Below are positions 1-35,058 of a DNA stretch of 64,000 nt, one piece after another. Each line of letters begins with the position of its first letter. Position 1 is the first letter of the stretch. The notes below the pieces were generated by a model, which was not told the DNA's origin, did not search any database, and worked only from the letters and a program-made list of their open reading frames with translations. Source of the stretch: Podarcis pityusensis (Eukaryota); NCBI GenBank assembly GCA_964106645.2, contig OZ067043.1. The stretch is one strand, 5' to 3'. Position numbers and translations under genes: made by a program.

Positions 1-5
1 CCCAG

Positions 6-20940
<20,935 letters not shown>

Positions 20941-21499
20941 CAACATATCTACATTCAGAAGCAAAGACAACATTAGTAGAACACAAATATAAAACACAAA
21001 ACTTGTGCAACTTTTTTTGTTGATTTGTGTTTTCACACTCTTGCCTTTTTCATTCTTGCAATTCTATTTTTGTACTCAGCATTTGATGCCTCTTAGCAGG
21101 GTATCTTTAAAGCAAGATTAAAAAATTATTTCCAGACTCCCCCCCCCCCCCACATTTTTGGCCCTAAATTTGAAGCATTCTGTTAAATATCTATTTTATT
21201 TCAAAATTCCAGGGAATTACATTTGCCAAATTAGACCACTCACTTGGAAATGGCACATTTTGAGCACAAATTCCAAATTGTAGTCCTTGTTTCCAAAATT
21301 TTAGGTCATGTCTTTTAAGTTGGCAAGGATTAAAAAAAACACTTTTGATGGCAGACTATTCTGAATCATTATGCCACCTCACATATTTTCTTACATATCA
21401 TAGATGTCCAATTTATGTATATCTGTGAGGAAACCTTGTGTCAGCTTGTGCAATGGGGCAATATCCTCCTTTTAAAAAGAATGTTAAGCAAAACGTCAA

Positions 21500-21505
21500 A
21501 ATAAA
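21500..21505 (+). terminator. Probable MAST2 polyadenylation signal AATAAA
   Basis: First canonical AATAAA I see after the stop, followed by a T-rich tract (21509-21530). An ATTAAA variant also occurs at 21117. Confidence 0.55.
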
Positions 21506-22725
21506 ATCTTTAGTTTATTTTTGATTTTTTTAAAGGCTTTGATTTAAAAGATTACTTCTTTTTCTCCCTTTTTAGAATTTTTAATCCTTTTTGCTCAAAG
21601 TAGTCAGTAACCTCAAAAGAGGCACATGGTGCTTCAGTTATGCTAACTCAGGAGTAAGGGGCCTGTAGGCTTTCACTGTAATTGCTAACTACATCTCCCA
21701 TCATCCCTGACTATTGGTCATGCTGGCTAGGGCTGATGGGAGTTGCAGTCCAGTAACACCTGGAGGCCACAGGTTCCCCACCACTGCTTTAGCAACCTAA
21801 ACTAATTTACTTTACTGACATTTTGCTGTGAGAGGCAAACATTTGGGACTATCACACCCCCAGTCTTATGGAGCTATCTTGATTGTTGTGGACGAAAGTT
21901 AAAATCCAGTGAAGTGTTCTCATTTGACTTTGTGAGTGAGAGAAGTGATCTTCATTGATTCATCAGGAGGCAGCTAAGACCAAACCGTGTCTAAGTGAAA
22001 TAGTCCCGTTAGCATTAGTGTCTCTTTCCCAAGTGTAAGTAGGTAATTCAGTAAATTGACCCTTCAGTCATATAGAAAGTTTATTATAATTCACAGTTCC
22101 CTTCCATTGTTTAATCTACCTACTACCTTTCTTAAATGTCTATATTTTCTAAGTAACCTTTTGAATGTTTTTGAAAGTTCAACATCAGTTGGTGCTTTTT
22201 GCTTAAAGACATCTGAGTCTATGATACTGCACTGATACATACATACATACTAGCTGCAGCATTTCAAGTATATTACTTATTGAATCTAATTACAGTTTAT
22301 AGGCAAAAGTAACTATTTCCATAAACTCCACAATACTTACAGCCTTGCCTAACAGAATGCATCTGTGTGTGTCTGTGTGAGCAGAGAAAGTAATTATTTG
22401 CATAGTCTGCTGTTCTACCTACAGAGGTGATCACATGTTGATTAATAGCTCTCCAGGGCAAGCACTGCAATTCATTACAGCACAGCTTTATTGCTCAGCC
22501 AGGTTTCTGATATGAAGGCTCTTCCTGCACCATTTCTCCTTACAAGAGCCTACATGTACTTTTTGACTAGGAATATGCTCTTAAATCCTTAATTTATTAT
22601 AATCTCATTTCAAGTCTGTCTTGCCCAAACTCCCTGATTCCCTGATTCTCCCCACTACATACCCAATTATTTGGTTTTAGTTTTGGACCAATTTATTTTT
22701 GATTTGGGGTTTTCTTTCTATTAGC

Positions 22726-22762
22726 GTGTGTGTGTGTGTGTGTGTGTGTGTAATAAAGGGAA

Positions 22763-22810
<48 letters not shown>
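22726..22810. repeat. Two (GT)n microsatellites separated by AATAAAGGGAATA
   Basis: Direct reading: 22726-22751 and 22765-22810. Confidence 0.95.
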
Positions 22811-22811
<1 letters not shown>

Positions 22812-25800
22812 GTAATGCTGCAGAAAGATCCATTGGCTTTCTCATATAGAACTTGAAGCTTCAGTACTCAAAACTTCAATAGTAGTTCCCCACAATGATT
22901 TAAGATCTGCTAATCTCTTTAATCCTGCCACCAGTGCACAATAGCTAAATTTATGCATTAACATTTTTAAAATAAACCATTAGGCTTTCCTCCATCCAGC
23001 CACACCTTTATCTTACCAGCCTTTCCTATCACTTTGCTGTGTTGCCCTCAGAACAGAGGCAACTGGGGCCTCAATGAATACATACATTTAGAGAAAGGGA
23101 ATTGATGGCATAGCCACTCAGAAATGCACATTAACTTGAATAATGTAAAAATATTAAATGCATTGATTTACACTGTGTGAATTTGAGCCCCGGGGATGAA
23201 TAATGTAGCTTCAAACATACCTTGTAGCATCTGTTTACACAAAGGCAGCCAAAGGATTTATATCTCTAGTTTAGCCAAATAAAGCATATTGGGCCACCTC
23301 ATTTCTGTATAGATGCCACTTAGATATTACCTTTTTATGTATTCATTCTACCATTACCAGGAAACCTATGTAATTGTTAAAGCCTGCAGAAGCCTTCATT
23401 TTTCATGTTACTTGATATATTTCTGTAACTGTTGTCCCACTTCAGTAAAAATGATTGGCCACAAAAAATCGTTGCAACGAAACCACATGGCAGTAAATCA
23501 GATTTATTCTTTGGACATCTAATATATATATATTGAAGTGTTCAGACAATCATGATGTTTCTGAGGGAAAAAATTAAGGTCTTAGGCTTAATATTTTTAA
23601 GTGCTTATCAGGAGGCAGCATGTGATGAGAGCTGAACTGATGTTACCATGTTGAGGAGACAGGTGTTTGCATAACTATAGTCCAGTTAAGCCACTATATG
23701 TATACAATATTGATCCAGTTAGCTGAGACTGATCTCCATGATGTTCCATGAATGGGGGTGATTGGATAACTTTGTTTAGGCATGCAATATACACAGTCCC
23801 CTTAGCAAGTTGCTTTCCCACTTTCTCTTATTTTCGTTTGGTGTCTAGAATTTCAACTTTAGTTTCCTTCATACAGCCTTTAAACCTTTCAATATCCAGC
23901 TGGTGCATTTCTCAGCAATACTTCACACCATTATATGGTGCATCTAAAACCATCAAATAGATATTAAGTGTAAATATTAGACTTTCGCCTTGCCTAAAAA
24001 CCACTCCTGGGGAACAATGCCCTAAGACTTTTTGGTGTTTGTTATGCTACGGAAGAATACTCAACATAGACAGGGTAAAAGGAATGACCTGTGGGGCTTT
24101 TTTCCCTCATTAGCACTGAATTAAGGTGTTCTTTGGGATTTTTGTTTGTTTCTTCCTGTGGGGAGGATTGTGTCTTTCTCCAGTTTTCTCTTACTGGACA
24201 TGAAGGATGATGCCGTACTTCTAGTGGGTGATTTTACAGCTGTGTGTGTGTTTACATTGTGTTTTGGTTTTTGTTATTCTGGAGGCTGTGAGCCCACCTT
24301 TCAAGATGGGCTTTAATTTCAAGTTGGTGCCAATCAGCACCTGACTAGCAGAAACATAATGTTGGGATATAAGTGTTTTTAGAAACTTGAACAATTGCCA
24401 CATAATAGAGGTGCAATAATTTTTATTCCTGTTGTACCTGCATGTTGATGTTCAAATACTCCTGAAATACACTTCATTTTTTTTACATAAACCCGTGTCC
24501 ATTTCTTAATTATTTATCTTCAGAGGTTTCCTATGATACGTTGCATTAATCCTGTGTTTCACTTGATCCATGCTGAGTGTCCTGCAGCAACCCTAATGGG
24601 CTTTGGTACAGTGGTTCAGTTCACGTGTTGTAGCAAACTATACTTAATGGTTTACTGTAAACACAAAGATTGCTTCCACTTAGTTCATCCCCTAGTGGGA
24701 GCTACAAACCACCATCCCTGGCTTGGCATTATGCCTGAGCCAGTGAATCCCCCCCCCCCCCCAAACCATGATGGGTAAGCCAAGAAGAAACCTTTGTTTC
24801 ACATCCTGGTTTATTTGGAGCAAAACAAATGTAGCACTAAGCCAGGTATTGTGATTCATTGGTCCCTCTTAACTCTGTTTTATGATATGCAAATGCAACC
24901 AATGGGTGGATGCATATAAGACTTGCCAGTTGATAATGTACTTCAGTGTTCATGTCAACTGCTTCTTGATACTGTAGAATGCGTGCCAGTGTTATATGTA
25001 CTGTGGTAATTTACCACTTGGTAAGTGGTCACCTGCATTCACTCCTGTTCTTCCATGAAATCTAGTTGTTTCATCACAACATAGTTCAATATACTAGCAG
25101 CCTGGGAAGATGGCCATGGGTGGCGGGTGCAGTTTTATTTGAGCAGTCATCCTATGCCTTCCTACCACTAATATGCAACATATTTCCATACAAGTACTAT
25201 GCTTGGGCATCATGTAAAATGAGCTCTGTGATTCCATAGTCTTGTGGTGATATAGACAGCCAGACACAGTACCCACATGAGAAATAAATGTAGAACTATA
25301 AAAACCTTAAGAGGGCAGTGCTTGGGAGCTATCACCCTCTCTCCATTGTGTTCCTGCAGCAAAGGCTTAGGCCGCTGTGCAACAATTTAGCCCCTGCCAC
25401 ATTCCATTCCTGTACCTCGTGAGAGAAAGCGAACTGTTTGCTCAAGAGAGGAGGAAGACAACAGCTATTCCTCTCCGTATAATGCTGAAATGAAGTTACA
25501 GCTTTCAGCAGGCACCATCTTCTTACGAAGTAAGCCAGCTGTTTGTTCTGGATGTAAAGCAACTGGGGACCAGGGCCTTTACATTGCTTTAAAGCATGTT
25601 TTATAGTTATTCCCTGCCCCGCCCCCAAAGAATTATGGGCACTGTGTTTTGTTAAGGGTTGCTGGGAATTGTAACTTGGTGAAGGATAAACTACAGTGTC
25701 TAGAATTCTTTGGGGGGGGGGGGACGACACACATGCGGTTCAAATGTGGTCAAGGGGGGCACGTGGTTCAAATGTGGTCAAAAGGTATCCTGCGTATGCA

Positions 25801-28363
25801 GCCGTAGACGTAGGCTAACAACCATCTTAAGCACAACCACAAGGGGCTGATTCCAAGCTGCTCTAGGAGGCAGGTGGTCCCTCCTCCCAATATTAGCTCT
25901 TGGCTCACCAATGGCATGGCTCGCATATTTTTCACCACATAGAAAGGCCTTCATACTGCTGTTTGTTTCTTTATACACACCTATCCTGCAACTCCTGAGG
26001 GGAATTGAGAGCTGTTTGCTCAGAAGAGGAAAGGCTAAGGGCTTCAATAGGCCTGGCCTGCCTCTGTAAGGCACTGGGGTAGAGAATAAACGGGCCAAAG
26101 CAGCCACACTGCTCATGACAGCCCTGAGGTAAAAAAGGCGGGAAAGCCGGAGAGGCCTATAGCACCTTGATGGAGCATAGCTCTAGTTGCTGTTTGATGC
26201 CGTGTTACACCTGCTGAGGTGAGGGATGCAGTGCTGGCCGCCACTATGATGAAGATTATGATCACTGTCACCTGGGAACTAGGCCACATTTCAAAAGGTA
26301 AGGAAAAGGAGCAAAAACTACACAGTAGAAAAAAGAATATTGTCCAATGTGCTTCAGATCACTCTGGTCCTTCCTTAGGGAAACTATAATTTTTAAAAAT
26401 ATATAATTACCCAAACTGAATACTGTATAAAGAAGCTCTTCATAAACAATATGTAAATATCATGATCATCTTAGAAAGAACCACTACTCAAAAGAAAATA
26501 TACAAGTGTAAATGTTTTAAGAATATTTGTTCTTTTGACTATCATAAAAACAGAATACATATGTGTATATGCAATAACAAAGGTAGGTTACTTGCTCAAA
26601 TAGACATTCAATATTTTTTCATACCTGCACTACTACACCAAATGGAAATCAAGTGTAGCTGTTGACACTGCAAAATGTCATGCAATGTGGCAGAGTTGGG
26701 CAAATCATGGGTTGCTAGGTTAAACAGGGCAGCCTAAGGACATTTTTTTTGCCTAAAACAAAGATGGTGTGTGGCCCCCGCCTTCCTCATGCACAAAACG
26801 TTGAATCTTGAGGGGGGGTGTCCTTTTAATTGCACATTCATTATGATTTTCATTAATTATGGTACTAGGGTGGCTACATGCAATCCTACTTTCAATACTC
26901 TGTGCCTGCATGTCCCATAGCTTCGTGCTAAAATTTTGTAATTTTTTATACCACAAATATTCCATTTGTTGTTTTTTTGGTCCCACTTCTGCTGCATTAT
27001 AGCCACAAAAGTACATCTCCAGGCAGAAATAATGTGGTAGCATTGAGGAAGCATCATGGAACAACTAATAAGTGATGTGTGGATGGTCCCATATAGATCT
27101 GCCACCCAGAGTAGTTGCTTCACTCTGCCTAATGGTAGGGCTGGCCCTGCTGAGCAGCTGATTTGCTTTCCTCCCAGACCAGAAGGCAAGTATGTGAGAG
27201 AAGATGTGCTGCAGAAAATAGGTCCTTGCAAGCCTTTTTCACTTCAGCTTTCCTGCTCTTCGTGTAATTGGGAAAAGCAAAGTGCAGCAAGCTGTGTCAG
27301 AAGAGGAACGCTGCCGCTCCTCAGAAGTGCTAACCAAAGCACATCCCAAGTGGTGTATTTCTCCTCCAATAGAAATAAACTGCTGGAATAAAGCTCAAAC
27401 AGTGCCACATCAGAAATATGCTGCCTACTGGTTAATAGGGCTGAACTGAGAAGTGTGGGGAAGCACTTCTTGTGATGTGTATTAGCTCAGGGTCTAGAGT
27501 GGGAGAAAATCAGGTGCCTCATGTGTGATATCAGGACCTTGCCCAATTTAATAACTCCAAGAGGACCTGATCTTGCCCCACAAGCCAGGAGACATGGAAT
27601 AGGAGTTTACTGTAAGAAGCTAGCTTTTTCTGGTCACAAGGTAATTAAATGTGTGATTGATTTTGTGCTTTATAGTACACACTAGCAAGCTGGGTAGGTA
27701 GTCCTGATTGCCCAGTGCCAGAAACACACACACTAGATCCACAACACCACCCCTCAAACTGTCTAGTGTATGGTACTGATGGAACTGCAGTGGAAATCTT
27801 ACGTGTTGGAATTCAATATATGCTCAGCTTTCCAATCCTGTGTACTTGCATCAGAAAGAGAAAGCTATGCCATACTTCAGACATTGCATTGTGCATGTGT
27901 TGTTTTATGCTCAGTTTTAAGAGGCATTGTTAAGTACTGAGTATGATTGGTTGAAGTGGAGAAGGGGGAGAGATGTTGCTGGACACCAACAATGTCACAA
28001 AGTATATCCGTTGGGTACCCTAATGTTAGTACGACGTCATTTCACTTACAAAATGTAATAGCAATCAACAGGCTATGCAGGTTGGATGGGGGAAAGTTTC
28101 CTCTTTCCCCATATATTGCAGCCATGTTCCAGTTATAAATAAACAAAGAATTCAGCAGGAAAGAGGACAGGGAGAAAACTGGAAATACAGTTAGCTCCAC
28201 CTACTGTTCTTCTTGCTTCCCACCCTACCAGCTACAGTGGGCAACACCCACCACTGTTGTTACAAGAGTTCTCTGCAGACTTGATCTGTTGTTGCATCTA
28301 CAGCAGTGGAAGCTGAATGATCTCCACTGAAATCAATAGGTTCCTCTACATGCCACTAGCCTT

Positions 28364-28378
28364 CCACTAGAGGGCAGC
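28364..28378 (+). promoter_or_regulatory. Candidate CTCF site CCACTAGAGGGCAGC
   Basis: Full match to the core consensus CCASYAGRKGGCRS; motif evidence only. Confidence 0.5.
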
Positions 28379-29198
28379 ATTGTTGCACAAGAATAAAATG
28401 CATTGGCTAAATCTTGGGGATTTCCCCCTCTTCTGTGTTAATATGACCACTGGTGCCATTACTTAGATCCATCATGTGTGGCATCACAGTACGGCATAGC
28501 CCACTGCTGATGCAACTATTTCTCCTTAAACAAGAAAATCACCTTATGCTTGTTTTCTATAGGGCAGCTAACTCAATAAGTCTGTGCTGTGAAGTACTGT
28601 ACTGGCTGTAGGTATCAGACAGTCACTGACCCTTTGGAGATTTCAGCACCTGTTCAGTTGTTTTCAACTGTTTCTAATGTTTTAATGTTGTAACCTGGAC
28701 TGGGACCTTAAAGTGAAGAGTGGGAAATAAATAAAAATCGGAAGACATCTTTAGTCCACTAGGTCTCCCAGAAGGATAATCCTGGCCTGGTTAATTATGA
28801 AATAGTAAAATTGTATTTAAATAGGTTTCTACTTGGTTATTAATATATTTTATTTACCGGTATTTCTCTTTTTTACATCACTTTGATATTCTTTTGAATA
28901 TAACGTGATTAATTTTTTTCTAAATTAATGCTGTACAATAATAGGCAGATTGCACAATAATAATAAAAATAAGCAAATTGCATGATTAGCTTTGAATTAG
29001 GGCTACCATATTAACAAGAAACACACACAAACAACCCCACCCTCTCTTCCCTGGAAGTAGCCACCCTTTCTGAATTTAAAAAGTTATTAAATTATTAAGA
29101 AACGTACTGTGTTTTAAATTATTTAGTAATGTAGTAAAAAAAATCTTGTTATACAAATTCATTACCCCCAACTGATTTAAAATGCACATCTTTTTTCT

Positions 29199-29310
29199 GC
29201 ATAGAAGCCTTGTTGGATCCGGCCAAAGGTCTTCTTAGTCCAGCACCCTAATTTCACAGTGGCCAACCAAATGCCTATGGGAAGGAAGCCTGTAAGCAGG
29301 ATCTGAGTTA
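29199..29310 (-). mobile_element. CR1 LINE 3'-end fragment
   Basis: ggatc(c/a)ggcca...cacagtg(g/a)ccaacc(aa/ag)atgcctatgggaag motif shared with the copy at about 37105-37225; a further CR1-like fragment at about 13730-13920. Confidence 0.6.
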
Positions 29311-31845
29311 TTCGGTCATATGTTGTTTCTATCATCCTGATATTTTAAATATCCTGGAATGCATTTGGAAAAAATGTATACAGTGCTACAAATAAGCTTG
29401 GTGCCTCTGACATGTCAACAGTTATAATGGGCCACATGGGTGTCAATGACATTCACAAACATATTTTAATAAATATAGTCATTAATGGAGGTAGCCATAA
29501 ATGGCAAATTCAGAAATGATTCTTGAAAGGAGGGTGCAGTAACTAACTACTCTATAGAACATTATTTGGTGTTTACTGTTCTTAATTATCAAGGGCACAG
29601 TCGTTAGAGTTGCATGAGCATCATCCTTAGGAATAGAAGTTTATAATGCTGGGAAATGTTCAGAGGGAGGAAACTGCAGTTATGACAGGCCCAGCTGGAA
29701 AATTTTCAGGTTTTTCAGTTTTTCGGTAAATGAAGATTTCACGAATCCTTTTGGAAAGCTGAAAATGCGAAGATCGAGCAAGCATTGAAACCAGAGTTTT
29801 TTACCACCAACATCTAGACCTGCACTTCTAAGTACTTCCCACTTCCTGCAGGCGCCACCTACCTATCTCAGGCACCTGCCACAACCACTCCTCCTTCCCT
29901 GTGCTCCTTCTCTGTGCACAAACCACTTCCCTGTGCTCCCACACCATGCAAGGTAGCATTCTGCTGCAGCAGGCCCCTGTTGCTGGAGGAGTGGCAAAGT
30001 GGCTGCTGTAGGGCTAGCTTGTGTTCACTGGTGCCCAAGTTCTTTAGGTCACAAGTAATGAAGCAAACAGGCATGTGAGTGGCAGTTGCTTCCTATATTA
30101 AATATGCTACCATGCCACACCCCCTTGTTCCTTATTGTCTGCCTCTCTTGGCCACCTGGCATAGCCAAGTACGCACACAAGATGGCAGTGGGCAGCAGTG
30201 TCAAGTACTTTCTGGTACTTTGTAGTATACCCCCTACTAGTCTATAACGTCTAGTAGGTACATAGCTATGATGACCAGTAACAGGCCTGGTTCATAATTT
30301 ATCTCTGTGTCTGAAACTGGAGCACATTTTGATGGTGGGTTGATTCAGGAAAAAAGCAGCTAGAGACTGGGAGGAAGGGAGCTTTGAGGCTTCTAATGGC
30401 TTTTGTGGTTGTGGTAGATGACTGGGATTTAAATTCAGGGACTAGGAGGGGGCTTCCATGTGCCCCAATGTGGTGGGAAACGGAGACAAGCAGAAGCAGC
30501 AAGAAAGAGGAGAAATTTTGGGAGTAATATGGCGTGCTTAAGGGAAATATGAAACCCCAGGGTGGCAGTTTGTGGGTGGTCCCTGCTAATAAATCTCTTT
30601 GATTGTATTTGGCTATATGTAAAGTATTGGAAGCTTGACCTTCATCCTAAGATTTTGGGAAAGGGTGGATGCTAAATCTCCCCTACTCTATACTCTGGGC
30701 AATTCATGGTAGGTGGGGGCTCCCCTATGCTTTACTTGCATATATCTGGTGACCCAGTCCTCCCCAGGCACTCCCCCCCCACAGTCTTCTGTTCCTGCTC
30801 TGACCATCCCACCTACTCACTCTTTCCTTGCCTCAGTCCTCAAGTCCTTTCCATAATATTGCAAATTACCCTGTCCCACCACTTGTCTTATATTGCACAA
30901 TTAGCTTCAAATCAGGGCTGCCGCACACACAAACAATTCTGCTCACTTTCTCTTCTCTGTAAGTAGTCACCCTCTCCAAAATTAAAAAGTTATTAGAGAA
31001 ACAATCTGGTCAATAATTCAGCTTAAAATCTATGAAAAATCCACTCCCTGTCAGCTTTCTAAGTTGCCAGCTGGAAGGTGCCCAACAAGAAAATTACTGA
31101 AACAAAACCGTCTGTCATTCCCAAGGGACCAGAAAAGATTTTTCCCCTTCTCCCTTTCCCCTTCTTGTTTGCTACATTTTAAAAATAAATATGAAGCATC
31201 AGGCAGATTGTTCTAAAGAGTCCTTCAAGTATTGGTTTCTCACACTGCATTATGAAAGACTTTTGCCTTCAGGCACAGACTAATAAACAGATAATAACAC
31301 AGGGGGCAAAGTCCCATGCTGCAGCTTATTTTCATAACTTTCATTTACTTTTCCTATAAATGTTTCATTTTTCAACCAGGAGGAACAGAGGAGGACTGGC
31401 AGAGGTCTCACAACAGTGGTGCCAGTGGTGCAGACTTGCTCCTAATTAGAAATAGCAAGGGATTGGGCAGGCAGAGCAGTGTAGGAAATGCACAGCAAGC
31501 CCCTTCCTTAGAAACGTAGCTCCCCTCAAGTAGGGAAAGTGATGGAATCATTGTATAGGCATACTCCCCACCCCACCCCCACTATCTTATTCTCTTTGAA
31601 ATGAGAGTGAGAGTGGCTCTTGCATTCACACATATTCCCATGGAAATCTTCAAAAATTAAAAGAAACTGCATTGTGTTGGACATACGCAGAGAGGCTTTT
31701 GTGGGTTATAAGTGAAGGGTCATGCCTAGCCCCTACCTGGTATGCGGCATGGGGTCCTCAGAGAATGAACAAGGTGCCCAACAGGTTGAGGACCTTTGAG
31801 AAGCAGGTGTGGTCCTCTGGGACTAGTACTGAGGATCCCCTAGAG

Positions 31846-31982
31846 CAGGCTTCCTCAACCTTGGCTCTCCAGATGTTTTTGGCCTACAACTCCCATGATC
31901 CCTAGCTAGCAGGACCAGTGGTCAGGGATGATGGGAATTGTAGTCTCAAAACATCTGGAGGGGCCGAGGTTGAGGAAGCCTG
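31846..31982. mobile_element. hAT-type palindromic MITE
   Basis: 16-bp perfect TIR CAGGCTTCCTCAACCT; 8-bp TSD CCCTAGAG at 31838-31845 and 31983-31990. Confidence 0.92.
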
Positions 31983-33110
31983 CCCTAGAGGAGCGCTCCA
32001 GAGAAAGTTCCTTGGAGCTGTCAGGGGAAGAGGTAGAGCCACCCCACAGTCCTTGGGCTTGCTAGTACCAAAAGGTTGTAGGTCCAGGCCAAAGAGCGAC
32101 AACATAGCATGTGACAGTGGGCCCAGAGTTGTTGCACAGATAGTAAGTGATCTACTCATGAGTAAGAAATCACCAAATCTCTCTTCTAAGTACCAGCAGC
32201 TGTTGTTAGGGTGTGATCTAGGAAGCCAGGATATATAAGGTCACACTCTTGAGCCTTCCATGTACTGGAAGTAACACAGGTCTTTGGTGCCTTTTTTCTA
32301 ATTTGAGTCCCCACTCCTTGCTGTAGAGTATGGTATCTTACTTGAAGTCCCTGTGAGGTTGACCTTACACTGTTGCTTGACCTTGCCTGTGGATTACTGC
32401 GCTGCAGCTACAACCCTGTCCTTGTTGGTGAGTGTTTTGCTTAATAGGCTTATACCTTGTGAAATTTGGCCCCCAGCTCCTGAGGGCACCCACCTGAGTG
32501 TGGCAGCAAGGATAGGAAAAGAAAGACTATTGGAAAGACACTGATGTTTCTGGTTGAGAGTGACCCTACCATGTCACAGGTTTATTGGTTTCATTTTAAA
32601 TGTGCTTAAATATCCCTCCTTACAAGGCAACTGTGAAGCACACGGATAACCACACCTAGCTTCAAAACAACACACTCACACACACTGCTTTGCTCCTGGG
32701 TTTAGACTTCTGCTGTAACACCATAGCTTCAATTTGTGTACTTTGGCTAGACCATACACTGATTACCCAAACCCAGTCAGTTTGCACCTTCTTTTTGTAT
32801 TCTGTGCTTTTTAGTTGTGATGATACTTGGTTCCTTTATAGTGTTTTTTTAATGTTTGTATTATTTTTATTGTTTTGCTGTTTGCCTCCCTAGCCTTACT
32901 GGAGTAGGGGGAAGGGCTGGATAAAAATCCAGGTACTGTAATAATAATTATACACTGGCATTTATGTTTTCTGACCTAAGCATATACTTCGTTTCATGGC
33001 ACTCTTTACAGTTGTCACTATGATCTGTGTATACTAAGTCTTAAGATACCGCTAGTGTTACTCTAGAAATACACTCTGGTCTTCCTCTCAGGAACTCTCT
33101 GTAACAGGAG

Positions 33111-33399
33111 CCCAGGCACCATCTATGCGGGACTATGGAGCCCAGGCACCCACAGATTTTCAATGAAGGGGCTGGGCATCCCTAAAGTTCTACATGGTGG
33201 CACTCACACACTGTGGGACATACGCACATCATGCTCGCATACACGCCATGGGGCATCCGCACGACATGTCAGCACGCCCCTGCGACATGCGCAAGTAATG
33301 TCACCATGCCGTGGAGTGTGCTGATGTCCCGTGCACACGCTGCAGTGATGTCGGCATACCCCAGGCCCCCTCTGTCACGGGGACAAGGTGGTGCGCCTG
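33111..33399. mobile_element. Probable CpG-rich hAT-like non-autonomous element
   Basis: Flanks AACAGGAG / AACAGTAG (7/8); weak TIRs; internal CA/TG/CG-rich core similar in style to the 59285 element. Confidence 0.5.
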
Positions 33400-34680
33400 A
33401 ACAGTAGCTTGCATTCATGTGGTTCTCAGGCCTTTCCCTCCAAAGCAGTCAATAGGCCCAGGTGGAGGCAGGGAAAACAGTGGGGTATGTTAAGTGGAAC
33501 TGCCTTGTTCCATACTAAGCATCTAGGAAATTCAAGGGCATCCTAAACCACTCCATGGCTGGTGTTATTGTTTGGAAGGGAAGTAACTTGCAGAGTTTAT
33601 TTGGCCTTCTTATGTAGTAGATTTCAGATTTCTTTTTCTTTTTCTTGTGGAATTTTGGACACTCTGTTCCTGGTTCAAGCTTTCCTTTCAAGCATTAGCC
33701 AAACGCCCAGGAGTGAAGCAGCTACATGCCACAAGCGTTAATTCTCAGCTGTGCTGTGTGATGGGAGCTTTACTGATTGCATGTGGCAGGTTTCAGGAGC
33801 CTTTTCAGGCTTCTGTCACTCTTGGTTTCCAAAAGGGAGCACCAGGTTGCGGCAGTAGCTCCCTGAGCCTGGGAAAGCAGAGGCATATTTACCAGTTAGG
33901 TAATTTGGACGGCTAGCATAGTCCTTAGCTGTGGGCCTCTTTCCATCACTCCTTTGATAACTCTGCAATGCTGCTAATATCGCATTATTTCAGTCTGAAG
34001 ACCCTTGTGCAGGACATATAAAGGTTGATGCCCCTAGAGCACATGTAGAAGGTACAAATGTATGGAACCAAATCCTGATTATTGTCTTGGGCTCTTTCCA
34101 AATAGCCCTGGGCTTGTTTGAAAGTGCAGACCAGCTATTAAGAGATTCCCTCTTTGCAGGACTTCCCAAAATATTTTGCAGCATTCATATGATGCCATTG
34201 TCTTCAAAATACCAGTCTGTATATTTCTAAATTTAATCTGGATTTACCTTTTCAGGGGAAATACAATTGTTCTCTCTCTCTTTAAGTGTTTCCAATTTCC
34301 CATTTGTGATACCTCACTGCCCCCAATTACAATATTAAACCCCCACCTGGAAGCACCTAAGGTGAGCAGTGAGGACAAACTGGAGGCCTCTGCTTGAGCT
34401 GACCAAAAACCAGAAGTAGGAGCTGTACCAGGAGAAGGCCTTGGGTTGCATCAAAGATTCAGACATGAACTTTTGAAACATTGACATCGCTTACTTTCTA
34501 AAATTAAACATCCCAGGGCACAAGCTGGTCTTTAAATGCACACACTGGAAGACCTTCCTACCCTAACCTGTGATGTGTGGGAGTTGGTTGTGGGTTTGGA
34601 GTAAGAGAAGGACTCTGCACATGTTTGGAGTCACTCTTCTCTTTCAGATAAAATTGCTTGTGTGTAAACAACCATAGTTG

Positions 34681-35058
34681 TGTTAGGATATTTCCGTTGC
34701 ACCTTAAAAGGGAGCAGGATGTTTGTGTCACAGCCTGCGTATTTCCTGTTCACAGGATGTTTCTGTTGTGTCTATGCTTTCGTTTCTCTCTCTGTGTCTG
34801 TAGACACTGAAGCAGGCAGTCATGTTTTCTCTTTGTTCTGATCAACACTGAATAAACTTGTAAATAATGCTCTCCTGAGTGTGTCTTTCGCTGTGCATTA
34901 TCTGCTGATAGAGTGTGCATCAGCTCTGGAATGTGGCAAGCTATTTCTGGCGCTCATGTCGCTAATTGCTGATACTGCGTGTCTACGGGAGATCGATGGA
35001 TGTCCGGAGGCCGACGTGGAGTCATGATGGACTTTGTCTCCCTGGCAGTATCCCAACA
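34681..35058 (+). mobile_element. Solo LTR (378 bp)
   Basis: TGTTAGGATA...TATCCCAACA termini (9/10 inverted); perfect 5-bp TSD AGTTG at 34676-34680 and 35059-35063; internal AATAAA at 34851. Confidence 0.88.

Noticed and set aside
26221-26303. Exon-like stretch ending in AAAG|GTAAGG downstream of MAST2
   Set aside because: No good acceptor, recognisable product or partner exon; isolated donors occur by chance
26622-26645. TACCTGCACTA resembles the reverse complement of the miR-17/20 3' half
   Set aside because: No seed match and no precursor hairpin
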